Assembly: GCF_009914755.1 (NCBI RefSeq)
Contig: NC_060940.1
Direction: 5' to 3' (one strand)
DNA from: the human T2T-CHM13v2.0 reference genome, Homo sapiens
Length of the DNA: 64,000 nt
Part shown: piece after piece, positions 11,101 through 44,395 of the stretch
Layout of the letters: the number at the start of each line of letters is the position of its first letter
How positions within the stretch are numbered: position 1 is the stretch's first letter
Position numbers and translations under genes: made by a program
Notes under the pieces: generated by a model
Told to the model about the DNA's origin: nothing
The model's input: only the letters and a program-made list of their open reading frames with translations
Databases searched by the model: none

Positions 11101-14100
11101 AGCCTGGCCTTGCTGTGAGGACAGGTCTCCCCGCCCGGGCAGCACTCCCAGCCCAGTGCTGCGTCCCTGTCTCCGGCCAGCTGACTGACCCAGGCCGGTC
11201 CCCAGGCAGGCCCCACCCGATCCACCCCCAGGACACCTGGAATGAGCTGGTGTCTCTGGAACCCCTGCTCTGTCCACCTAAGACTGGGAACCACTCTGAT
11301 GGCCACAGGACCAGCAGACGTGAGAGCTCAGAGAGGCCACCCCGAGTCCTGCGGCGCCCACCACCCCAGAGTCCCACCTGCTGTGCTGAGGAGCCGGTAC
11401 ACCTGCAGCCGCAGCTGGGCGGGCCGCCGGAGCTCCTGGGTCCCAAATTCGGCCGTGGTGAGGAAGGCTTCACGGCTCAGACGCAGGCCCGGGAATACCA
11501 TGACCTGGTGGGCAGGGGGCCGCCTCAGCTCCACAGACCCCATCCCAGCCTGAAGCCCAGACTCCCCCCACCCGAACTTCCCAGGAAGAGGGGAGGGAAG
11601 GAGAGCGAGCCATCGGACCCCCACAGGCCTGGCTCCTGTCGCTCGAGAGGAAGACTCCGATGGAAACTGTCCATGGGGGGCAGGACCCCTGACCTGCCTT
11701 TCAGGAATAACTCACCCACACTCAGAGAAAAGGGGGTAATGTGAGTAAACGCTTTCCTCTCTGCACTCTGGATTTTCCCAACCATCTTCACTGGGCACAA
11801 GCAACATTAAGGCCCCCAAGTTTTTTGGGGAGACCCACAGTGGGCAGGGCAGGCGAGGCCTCCAGGGGCAGGCAGGAGGGCAGGTTTTAGAACGTGGGGG
11901 GCCGACTACCTCCACGGGCTCATGCGGGGCTGAGAGGCCGTCCTGCCGTGCCAGAGGCATCAGGGGTCCCTGCAGGTCCCCACTGGGCGCTCCCACGAGG
12001 AGGTTCTCGGCATCCTGCACTGGGCCTGGGGTGGCAAGTGCACAGTGAGGCGCCGGGCCAGGGCCCAGGACACCAGGACGAACAGACTGGGGACCGAGCC
12101 GCCCGAGAACCCCCCCACCAGCCCCTCCTCCTCAGCCCAGGCTCCACCGCGGGCGCTCGGCAGGCCCCTAACCACAGCCAGCGTCTCAGGCCCCTGCCTG
12201 GCCCCTCGCACACCTCCAGGCCGCAGCTCGCAGACGTAGCTGTGCAGCGCTGAGCACAGGTCGGTGTTACACCACCCGGTGGGCCCGAGCCGGACGCAGT
12301 GCTCGGCTGTGGCTGGGTGTGGCTCCCCGGGCAGCCAGTTCTGGCAGCTCTCCAGGCTGAAGGCCTCGCCCTGCGGGGCTGGGCCCACCTCCACCCCCTG
12401 CACAGTCGAGAAGCCGATCCACATGTCTAGGCTCCTGGGGGCGGGTGTGGGATGGCAGGGGGCTCAGGGCACTCCTCCATCCTCCCACCCTCACAGCAGC
12501 CCACTGGGAGCCCCGTCACTGTCCCCCTTTCCAGATGGGGAAACTGAGGCTCAGAGCCCGGAGAGCAGGGCCCACCAGCCCAGGCTCACAGCAGCACCCA
12601 CCCACGAGGCCTGTGGGCACTGGCAGGGATCCCCGTGCAGGCCACCTCCCGTATGGCATGCCCAGGAGTGTCCGGAGGCTGCCCCCAGCTCGTGTCCACC
12701 TCTGCATCTGCAGAGCTGACAGGAACGGCCCCACCGGCCGGCGCCACCTGCTCACCAGGGCCGGCCCAGCTCCCACCTCCCTCCTCCTGAGACTCCCCAG
12801 CCGCAGGCTCTGCCCCACTGCTTCAGAGATCTCCCAACCTATGGCCCCTCGGGGGGTGGGGGCAGGCACCTGGTGACCCGGGAGACCAGGAAGCGCTGCA
12901 TGGCGGGACTGTCCACCATTGCCAGGGCGGCCCCGGCCCAGGCCCGACACTGCTCCTGCGCCTGCAGCCAGGCCGCCTTCTCCACCACCAGGCGGTAGCA
13001 GTGCCCGTTGCCAGAGAAGATCTCCGTGTCCGAGGGGCAGAGCGGGTGCACCGCTGGAGACCGGTGGGAACGAGGGTGTCAACGGTCAGTGTGGGCCCAA
13101 GACGGGGGTACCAGGCTCTGCCCCATCTGGATGGCCCTGGGGAGGAAGGGGAGTGGGCAGCAGACACTCACCTCGGGCCGGCTCCTCGCCCAGGGCCACG
13201 ATGCTGTAGGCGGCCTCCAGGCCTGAACCACCGCGGTTCTGGATGCTGAGGTCGAGGCTCTCGTCACTCTGCACCGAGGACGGGCACACGAGCTCCAGGG
13301 CGGCAGGTGCCGCTTCCACCTGCACGTCTGTCCCCAGCAGGGCTGAGCCGGCCCCCAGGGCCAGCACGGCCATCACGTGATAGCGCCCAGGCAGCACATA
13401 GCGATGCGAGGCAGCCGGCCCAGCGGCATCCACCTCGGGGGAGCCGTCTCCGAAGTCCCAGCGTGTGGCAGTGACAGGGAGCGGGGCAGCGATGTGGAAG
13501 GCTGCTAGCTGGCCGGAGGCCAGGGGTCCGTGGGGCCCCACCAGGGTGGCCCCTGGGGAGGCAGGGAAGACGTGCTGGAGGAGGGTGGGGCCCCTACAGG
13601 TGGGGGCAGGAGGCGGCGGGGGGCCGGAGCAGAGGGACAGGCAGGCGAAGGAGGCACTGGAGGGCTGGGCTGACCCACACAGGCACCAGCCCTGCTCGGA
13701 GAGGGCTGCGAGGCCCTGGCCGGTGGAGAAGCAGAAGGCGCTGCAGGCCTCTGGCTGAAGCAGGCCTTCGTGGGCAGCTGAAAAGGACACTGCTGCCACG
13801 GTGCCTGAGCTGTTGTCAGGGAGGCAGGCGACATACTCCTCACCTAGAAGAGGCAGCCACTGGACCCCGGGTTCTGCTCCTCCTGGCTCCACCCCACACC
13901 CCCCCATCCGCCCGCCGCACTCACAGGCTCCCATGCTGTTCCCTTGGCCCGGAGGCCCCCCCCAGAGAGGCCTTCCTGAGCCCTGCCCAGTGTCTGCAGG
14001 GCCCAGGTCCCACCTGGCTGGGAAGGACAGAGCTGCCCCACCCACCGGCACTCACCACAGCCACTGTCCAGCAAGGGGATGCCAAGCAGAGGCTGGCCAG

Positions 14101-15329
14101 CCAGGGAGCCAGGCCCAGCACACGTGGCTGCCTCGGGCTGCACCACCCGCACCTGCTGCTCCTCCGCCCATCGCGGCAGCCACGCCAGGCCACAGTCACA
14201 CTCAAACGGGTTCCCACTCAGGTTTCTGCGGGGCAGGGGCAGGTGTTGGGGACCAGGTCTGGTGGGAAGGGTCTATGCCAGCCCCCCACTGGCAACCAGG
14301 CCCTGGAGCCACCCTGACAGCACCGCCTCCCCTGCCCCAACCAAGCCGGCACTGGGGGGCTCCAAGCAGGTAGTGAACTGCCCCCAGGATCTGGTCTCAA
14401 GCCTGGAAGGGGACACGGACCAACTGGGAGGGCAGAAGGGATACTGGGGGCCTGGGGTCCAGCCAGGACCCCACCCAAAGAACCACAACTTACATTTCAC
14501 TTAAATTAAATAAATTAGCAAATATTCCTTCTTCTAACGTAGAAATCTTGTTGTTGCTTATATCCCTGGAAGAGAGGGGGGATTCGGCAAAGCTGACGGA
14601 AGCCCCCACAGCTGAGCAGCAAGAGGCGGTGCCGCCAGCCCACCCGGAGTGAGCCCCGCATGCTGGCACGACTGGGGGACACTCACAGCTCTGCCAGCAC
14701 CGAGAGGTTCGCCAGGAGCCCAACGTCCAGCGCCCGGAGCAGGTTGTGGGAGACGTCTCTGAGGAGTGAGTGGCCGTGGGTCAGGGCCAGAGCCCTTAGT
14801 AGGCCAGAGGCCATCCCTGGGCCCATCCCACACATTTCCAGCATCCCCAAGCTAAGGCCTCCCACCCTTGAGCTCCCCACTCCCAGAGGTCAGGAGGGGC
14901 CTTTCTGATGGAAGACCCAAATGAACACTCATCTGGGGAAACCAAGCCAGGAGAGGCCTGGGGGCCTCAGCCCTCTGCACCCATCTCAGCCCTATGCCGA
15001 GTGCCACCTGGACCTGTCCACCCAGGGCCAGGAAGGGCACGGACCCCCAACCCATCCCACGCAGGGCCAAGGCCCCCCATCCCCTGTCCACAGTCCCCCA
15101 CAGAGCCAAGGTCTCCCAACCCTGTCCACAGCCCCCACACAGACTCGAGGGGCCCCCATCTCCTGTTCTGAACCCAACAGGGTGGTCCCACTGTGGGACC
15201 ACAACCAGGTATGACTGTGTGAGAAGCAGGCTCACTACCAGGCTACCAGGGAGCACAGGGGAGCAGGCGCCACCTTGAGGCATAAACCCAGAGAAACAAG
15301 ACCTCCAAGACGGCCAGGCACTGGGGCAC

Positions 15330-19190
<3,861 letters not shown>

Positions 19191-19307
19191 TAGATAAGAG
19201 GATGCTGTGCCTCCCTGGGGGTCTTCAGTCACCCATAGTCCTGGCAAGAGAGGAGGGCCAGGAGAGAGCTTTACCCACCTGCTGTCCTGCCCATGTGACA
19301 TCCGCAG

Positions 19308-19414
19308 GTGCTGCCATGGCCACGACTGTTGTTACACTCGAGCTGAGGAGGCCGGCTGCAGCCCCAAGACAGAGCGCTACTCCTGGCAGTGCGTCAATCA
19401 GAGCGTCCTGTGCG
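19308..19414 (+). pseudogene. PLA2G10: Isolated PLA2G10 (group X secreted phospholipase A2) exon-3 fragment
   Basis: 107-nt exon bounded by ccgcag| and |gtgagt, encoding CCHGHDCCYTRAEEAGCSPKTERYSWQCVNQSVLC with the PLA2 catalytic CCxxHDxC motif. No other PLA2G10 exons seen, so this is a paralogous fragment, not the parent gene. Confidence 0.9.
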
Positions 19415-19559
19415 GTGAGTCCCCAGCAGCACCATGCCACCCACCCCGAGTATCCCCTGGGCACCCTGGCATAGCCAGATGACTTCCGTGCCCCTGTTGC
19501 AATAACCACTGCTTCCAAGTCTCTATAGACCACCCCTTGGGTATATCTAATGTAAGTGA

Positions 19560-20240
<681 letters not shown>

Positions 20241-20372
20241 AAATAATAATATTTTACATAACCAACCACTTCTAAAGATTAAAAAAACCCCTACGATTAA
20301 AAACCTCAGGTCCCTCAGGCAATCATACCAGATATTGAAACAAAGCAATAACATAAGGACTGCAGTATTCAT

Positions 20373-20397
20373 TTTATTTTTATATTATTTATTTATT
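20373..20397 (-). terminator. NPIPA polyadenylation signals (AATAAA cluster)
   Basis: TTTATT on + at 20373-20378 and 20392-20397, immediately after the stop codon. Confidence 0.7.
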
Positions 20398-20402
20398 CTT
20401 CC

Positions 20403-35062
<14,660 letters not shown>

Positions 35063-36052
35063 CAGCAGGATGCGGAAGGTCCCGATAGTAAACCATCTCC
35101 ATCACATCCATGTAGCCATCCGTCCATCAACCTGTATCTCAGGAACAAATGTACATACATTCATTTTAAGCATGCATGGTACATTTACAAAAATTAACCT
35201 GACTTATTTTGTTCCAGCAAATCTCAATATATTTGAGAGCAATCAAATCACACAGCATGTTTCTGATCATAAAACTGTGCTAGAAGTCAATGATTAAAAG
35301 CTAATTCAAAATTATTATTTGCTTGGAAATTCAAAGTGCCCTTATAAGACATAAACATAAGAAAGAATCCAAAATGAAACAAGATTGCCTTTCAACTCAA
35401 TGATGAGATCATAACATGGCAATAAAATGTCTCCCTCTGGCCTGGGAATTCCTCTTTGTGGCACAAGGTTGTGTGATCTCAAATCACCCCTAACCCACCT
35501 AGACATTTTAACATCCGAAACCGAGTGATGATGTCCTTATCTATATCATCTTACTGCCCGTGTGTGTGGACTTTAAATTCTGAACCCAAATGAGGGGGAG
35601 AAAACCAAGCTGACTTTCATGACTGAGCTCTCAGGGACGTCCAAGGAATCTGTGCATTTCAAGAAACAAAGTTCATCAGCTTCTCTCCTAAGGTATTTGC
35701 CCACAATACCCAGAGGGCTTGGCAGCATCATGTGTGATGGGTGGGGAGCTCCAAGCAGGTGGGCAGGACCCAGGGGCCTGGTGACCAGGACAGACCCCCA
35801 CTGTCCATCACCTTTCCTGGCCCTGTCCTCAGCTAAACTTCCCACAGGCCTTCTGCCCGATCACACAGAGTGTGCCCAAACTCAGGCCTCTGGCAGCTGA
35901 AAACCACTGCTTTAAATCCCTTTACCATTTACTATGACATAAGGTTATTGTAAACAGGAAATATTCTATTGATGCTACAAATGGAAAGCCAATGCCTTTA
36001 CCATAAATAGAAAAACAACCCTAAGAAGCAAGCAAAACAAAAACAAAACAGG

Positions 36053-36744
<692 letters not shown>

Positions 36745-37577
36745 CTAGATTTCGGTTGTGTTGGTTGTAAAAGGAGAGACCCAGTAAGTGGGGGTCATGC
36801 CGCAGATTGCTACCCACAATGGACGGGTCACTGAGCAGGTCCGGCCAACTGGGCGTTCCCTCGCTGGAGGGCCAGCACACCAGACTGCAGGTGGCGCGGG
36901 TCAGCAAGGTACCAGGGGATGTGTCACACACACAGCCCACCCCCGTCCAGTCACGCACGGACACCCTGGGCTTCCGAGCAAACCTGCTCCCAGGTGGTGT
37001 GACCACATGGAGCCACAGACACCCAGCAAGGACACGCAGCCCGCACACCCCCGGTACTCCAGACACAGTGACCTGCACCAGGGCTCGAGGTTTCTCTAGG
37101 GAACCCACCTCTTAGAATCATCCAGAAACAAGTCACTCTTCATCTGTCCAGCAAAGGCCTGCTGAGAGGTGCACAGGGTCTTGAGTCCAAGCTGCGCCAA
37201 GGCGGCAGGACCCCCAGTAGAGCCCTCACCTCAGCGTGGAGGCCTGAGAACGTGAGGAAGGAGCTGTCCAGCACGGATGAGTCCAGGCAGCTGTCGACGT
37301 CCAGCACCTGCTGCCCGGCAGGTGTGGGGCTCGGGCTCCCAGCCACCTGCAGGACAAGGGCAGTGGTCAGCGGGCGGCAGCTCAGACCTGCTCAGGACAG
37401 GGATGAGAAGCCACCTCCTCAGCAGACAGGACAGAGCCCGGTGCCATCTGACAGAATGTCCTAGAATGCTAGATATATGGGACATCTGCACCGTCCGTGA
37501 TGGCAGCCCCTCGCGACATGTGCCACTGAACACTTGACAGCAGACTGGTGCAGCTAAGGAACAGAGTTTTAAATTTC

Positions 37578-38648
<1,071 letters not shown>

Positions 38649-40259
38649 TAAGGGACTAACTCGGCCTCTTCACTTGCTATAGATGTACTGAGATTTTCTT
38701 CTGGAGTGCATTTCGGAAGCGTGCACAGCCGCGTGCTTGCTTCTTCTGAGTTATCTGGCGTGCTGCTGTGCAGTTGTCCGTGGCGTCTGCTTAGCGAAGT
38801 GCCCTCGTTCTTTCACGATTCTGGCTTCTGAGTCTTCTCTCTTTCTCCCTGGTCAGTCTAGCTAAGGCTGCTCAAGTGTGTTGACCCTTCCCGAGCAGCC
38901 TTTGGTGGACGCCTTTCCCTCTGGCTGCAGCACTGGAAAGTGGCGGCCCTGGGCATGGTGCCGAGGCCCAGGCTCCATTCCCAGTACTCCCGGGTCCCCA
39001 GCCCCAGCCCACCTTGCTCCGGGACATCCGGAAGAGAAAGAGGATGGCCAGGTAGACGGGATAGACAACCACGCTGGACACCAGGCCAACAGCGACTGTG
39101 TCGACGCTCAGCGGGTTCAGCCTGGACACACGCCCCGTGCTGTGTGGAGGAGAGGAGGCCACACAGGTGAGGCTGAGGGGCAGGAAGGGCTGGGCAGGAA
39201 GAGGCTGTCCCGACCCCTACGGCACCCACCTGTAGGCAGAGTCTCCAACAGCCCCGTACCACACGGCGTTGGCGCCCAGGAAGAGACAGATGAGGAGATC
39301 GCAGCAGGTGGCCCTCTGGATGCGAGTGAAACAGCTACGAGGCGGCCGGTCCCATATGGAGAGCCAGATGTGCTTGTCAAAGAAGCCACGCTGCAGCTCA
39401 GCCACCAGCAGGCGCCGGAAGCGCAACAGGGCTGCGTGACCTAGAAGGCAGGGAGGGCCGCACTGCAGGAGGCCACGGGGCAGGACCACCCTGCCCAACC
39501 TCCCACGGAGTGGGAACACGGAACGAGGCCTTACTCGCGGCCAGCACCTCCTTCTCCACCAGGCCCCCGTTGGCCTCCGTCTCCACCGAAAGCCAGTCAT
39601 TGACCAGGAAGAAGGTGCTGCGTGCCGTCTGCAGGTCCCTGACGATGATGTGCTGCAGGAACCAGGCAGGGCTGAGCCCTGCAGAGGCGCGGGAGGGAGG
39701 TCAGGTTCGCAGGGCGCCCCAATGCAGGGGCAGAGGGGCAGAGCTTGGCAGGGTCCATACAGACCTTTGTTGTCGTGCCACACTCGGATCTTCCACATGC
39801 TACCCAGGCTGTGCGGGGTGGCGATCTGGAAGATGTCCAGACTGTTGCGGTGGAAGGCTCTGTCGCCGTCCAGGTGCCGGTGGCCGCTCCGGCTGTCCAC
39901 CCCATACAGCATGATGCCCACGTGGGCCGTGGTACCTGGAGGGCAAGAGGGAGGGGTGGGAGGCTCGGTCTGCTGCCCAACACGTGTGGCATCCCAGGCA
40001 AGTCATCTCAGCTTTGGCCTCCGCGCACTCAAGGAGCCACACAGGCAGTCCCGGCTTTGCACAGCTCTGCTATACACGAGGAGCTGCGGTTACTGCAATT
40101 TGTCCAATAAACAGCAGGACCTCAAGGACATGATTAAGTTACATGGAAAGAACTGTAACTTGTAACATGCAAACATGGCTGCACACGCCTCAGTCCACAC
40201 CACAACCAGTGACCCGCACTGCACACCTGTCCACACCTCAGTCACGCCACAACCGGTGA

Positions 40260-41010
<751 letters not shown>

Positions 41011-41627
41011 AAAAGGGAATGCCAGAAGGGCAATTCCAAAGAAAGGAAAATGGAGGTATTGAAGAAACAGCCACGGGGAGGGTGCTGGCGCCTCCGTCTG
41101 AGAGACGAGCTATGCAGTCAGGATCGCGGGTGGATGCATGGTCTCCCACAGTGGTAGCGATGCTCACGTAACTTGTGGGGCTACGCTACTGTGTAGAACG
41201 TGGGCTGCCCACCCTGACTGACTGGCACCTACTTCCAGCTAGGAGCTGTCCTAGTCCTCAGGGACAGTGAGTGCTCACGAGGTCATTCCCAGGATGAACA
41301 CACGAGCCCTTCACACAGCACTGCAAAAACTGCCTTGTTCTGACGCCTGCGACGAGACTCACTCCCAGAGGGTGCAACCAGCACAGCCAGTGAGAGCAGG
41401 GGAGGCCCTGCCACCCCGCCGCGCCCCTCACCTGAGCCCCGGCCCCAGCCTGTCTTGACGAGGATCTCGTACTTGAAGCGGCCCCGCTGCCCACAGAAGG
41501 GGATGGCGCAGCCCCGGCTGGCATCCAACTGGTCCAGCTTGTGCAGGATGGCGGCCATGACCATGTAGGTCACCAGGCACACAGCACATGTCAGCATGAC
41601 GATGTAGTTTACATCCGCTGTTGGCTC

Positions 41628-41687
41628 CTGTGAAGACACAGCCGCCAGGCCCAGGAGGTCACGTGCAAGCTGTGCCTTCTCAGGATA
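41628..41687 (-). ncRNA. MIR6770: MIR6770 precursor (tailed mirtron at 3' end of intron 25)
   Basis: Minus strand: TATCCTGAGAAGGCACAGCTTGCACGTGA...CTGGCGGCTGTGTCTTCACAG, ending at the exon-26 acceptor; arms match recalled miR-6770-5p/3p. Confidence 0.85.
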
Positions 41688-43279
41688 GAGCCGAGCCCAC
41701 CCAGGCCCTCCTCGACTCTGCAGAGGCTCCCAGGAGCACAGGGTCACTCACAGGAAACACAAAGCGGATATGGCTTGGGGGCACGAAGAGGCTGGTGCCG
41801 AAGGCGGTGAGGTGGCGGGTGAGGCAGACGGCCTGGCGGGGCGAGGTCTCCTCCAGGGGCAGCAGCCCCTCTGTCCGCCACACCACGTCCTCCTCGCTGA
41901 AGTACTGGCACAGGGACGTGTACAAGCCCACGGACACCTCCAGCGCCGACCAGCGGAAGTGGCTGGAGAGGTTCAGACGGTAACTCCCCACTGGGTCTCT
42001 GGTCCTGGGAAGGGAAGGGGCAGTGGACGTGAGCCCAGGCTCCGCCAGGTTGGATGTCGGAGTCCCAGAGCCCATACCCGGTCCAGTCCCCTCGCTGCCT
42101 GCCGTCCCCACGGGGCCCGTAACCCGGGCAATGCTGACCCATGATGCCCTGCCCTGCCCTGCCAGGCCGGCCCGCAGAGCTCACCCCGGGGAAATGAAGA
42201 AGGTGTAGGGCCGGTGGTCGGCACCCTGGAGGGACTCTGGGCGGATCCTCCTGCTAGCCGAGCAGTTGCGCTCATTGGGCCGGGGCTCCGAGTGCAGGTA
42301 GACTGCCAGGTAGGGCTCGGGTTCCTCAGACAGGTAGCGGCCTGGGGCAGAACGCGCAGGTCACACGCCTGCCGGGAAGCTCAACCACCCGGGGGACACC
42401 CACGATGGCCCTCCTGAGCCCACCCTCTGCCATGGGCCTGAAAGGCCATAGGAGCCTCTGCACCAGAGCTGGCACCTGCTTCTCCGTGGCCCCCAGCTCC
42501 TCTCCGGCCAGGCCCCCAGCAGCCCATGAAACAGAAAGCAAATTTCACCAGAGACACCCATGGAAGCCCTACGAGAAACGCCTTCCCCCCAAGAACAAGG
42601 CCAGGGGGCCGCGTGTGCCCCAACCGCTGCATGCACCGTCCAGCAGCGTATAGTTGAGCTGCAGATGCAGCACGGCCGCAGGGTTGCTGCTGTCCAGGGT
42701 GACCACAGCACCGACGGAGGCCTGGGGCTGGACCACAACGGAGTTGGCGGAGCTGCGGTGGCCCCGGGCAGCCCAGTCCGAGTTGTTGGGCACCTTCACG
42801 GTGAGGCGCGCTCTGAGGCCAGCCGCTCGATGGGGATCTGGGCGCCGGCCTGTGTCTGGAACGCCATCGAGGCCACCTTGGTGGAGACGGTGTAGTTGCT
42901 GATATAGCCAAAGGGAAAGGGATTGGAGTCCACCAGAAAGATGAGCTGCACCACGTCACTGAGGTTGGCCGGGGCCCTGCTGAAAGCCTAGGGGATGGAG
43001 AAGTGGCAGCCAGGCCCTGGGGCGCCGCCATAGCACAGCAGGCTCCGCGGGTCCGAGCGCTTGCCCTGGGCCACGATCTCCTCACCCGCCAGCGTCAGGG
43101 GCTCCTCGTTGAGCACGCGGGAGCGCGTGACAATGGGCGTGAGGGCAGAGGTCAGGTTGTAGGCCTGGGACGCCACCATCCGCGATGGTGACTCGGCTCC
43201 CAGCTCTGAGCGCTGTGGTGCCCGCACGTCTGAGCTGGCCAGGTGGATGAGGTCTCCTGCAGACAGGCGTGAGGTCAGT

Positions 43280-43960
43280 GCAGAGACAGGGAGGCAGAGG
43301 GAGGGTGGGGGCAGGCAAAAAGGGGGAGCCGGAGGGTGGGGACTGGGAGAAAGGGGGAACCTGAGGGGGCAGAGAGCGAGGTGCAGGCAGAAGGAAGAGG
43401 GAAGCTGGAGAGAGAGTGGTGGAGGGGGAGGGGGAAGGGGATGGGGATGAGGACGAAGATGAGGGGGATGATGGGGAGAGGGAGGAAAAAGGAAGGAAAA
43501 GGGTAGAGAAAAGAGAAAGGGGAGAAGAAGAGGAGCAGGGGGAAAGGGAGGGGAAGGGGATAAGGGGGATAAGGGAGGGGAAGGGGGATAAGGGGATAAG
43601 AAAGATGAGGGGAATGGACAAAAGGACGGGGAGGATCGGGGGGGAAATGGAGAAAAGGGGAGAGAGATGGAGAAAAGGGATGGTAATAGGGAAGGGGGAG
43701 GGGGAGGAGAATGGGAATTGGGGGAGGGGGATAAGGATGGGAATTGGGGGAGGGGGATAAGGATGGGAATTGGGGGAGCGGGATGAGGATGGGAATTGGG
43801 GGAGCGGGATGAGGATGGGAATTGGGGGAGCGGGATGAGGATGGGAATTGGGGGAGGGGGATGAGGATGGGAATTGGGGGGAGGGGAGGGGGACGAAGAT
43901 GGGATGGGGCAAAGGCGAGGCGGTTGTGGGGAGGAGGGAGGCAGAGGAAAGGGCGGCATG
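43280..43960. repeat. PKD1 intron-22 polypurine tract with about 23-nt GGGATGAGGATGGGAATTGGGGGA tandem units
   Basis: Purine-rich + strand; ATGGGAATTGGGGG recurs about 7 times at 43710-43880. Confidence 0.9.
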
Positions 43961-44395
43961 GGGCGGACGGGCCACGTGGGGCGGGCGGGTGGCGTGGGGC
44001 ACGGGCCGCGGCACCTGTGATGTTGAGGATGCTGTCTCCGATGGCGGTGGGCGTCACGGTGCCCGCGGTGGTCTCTGCCTGCAGGATGCGCATCATGGCC
44101 TCCAGCTTGTGCAGCGTCTGCTTCAGGCACGAGCGGCATACGAGCTCCCTGCTGGGCCCCTGTGTGGAGCCAGCAGTGTCCAGCCCCGCTCCTGGCCCCA
44201 CTCCTTGCACACGCCCTCCTCTCTACACGGGTCCTCACCTGGCTCCCACCTCCAGCCCTGCAGCTGGAGAGCCCACTTGACTGGACCCCCACAGTCTCCT
44301 CACTAAGCATTTTCTGTGGCTCTGCATGACCGAGGGCCTCCACTTGGGGACCACGTGATGCAGCCCACCGACCACACAAGGCACCTCTTCACATG

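Larger units (their letters stand above)
1..14758 (-). pseudogene. PKD1P4: PKD1 (polycystin-1) unprocessed pseudogene, copy A; exons 2-21 visible, exon 1 absent, continues past the left edge (paralog number tentative)
   Basis: GT-AG exons on minus strand: e2 14687-14758, e3 14494-14565, e4 14056-14225, e5 13172-13843, e6 12870-13053, e7 12214-12434, e8 11910-12025, e9 11378-11504, e10 10775-11022, e11 9546-10301, e12 8515-8646, e13 8160-8335, e14 7693-7826, e15 3614-7230, e16 3245-3394, e17 2168-2310, e18 1761-2040, e19 1454-1667, e20 1228-1387, e21 685-837. Translations show LRR, WSC, C-type lectin, PKD (WDFGDG) and REJ segments. Lesions: TAG at 6077-6079, +1 near 5730, -3 near 5540, -1 near 4440 (e15 = 3617 nt), -1 near 2266 (e17 = 143 nt), TGA at 1960-1962. 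Pseudogene call is firm; the number is inferred from layout. Confidence 0.9.

Noticed and set aside
3600-14500. Plus-strand ORFs opposite PKD1 exons (e.g. 6485-7309, 10039-11118) and their copy-B twins
   Set aside because: Shadows of GC-rich coding sequence with no independent splice or domain evidence.
42569-42960. ATG start in exon 23 for the downstream open block
   Set aside because: In the post-frameshift frame there is no ATG before an upstream TGA; the ORF-track start at 42799 is GTG.
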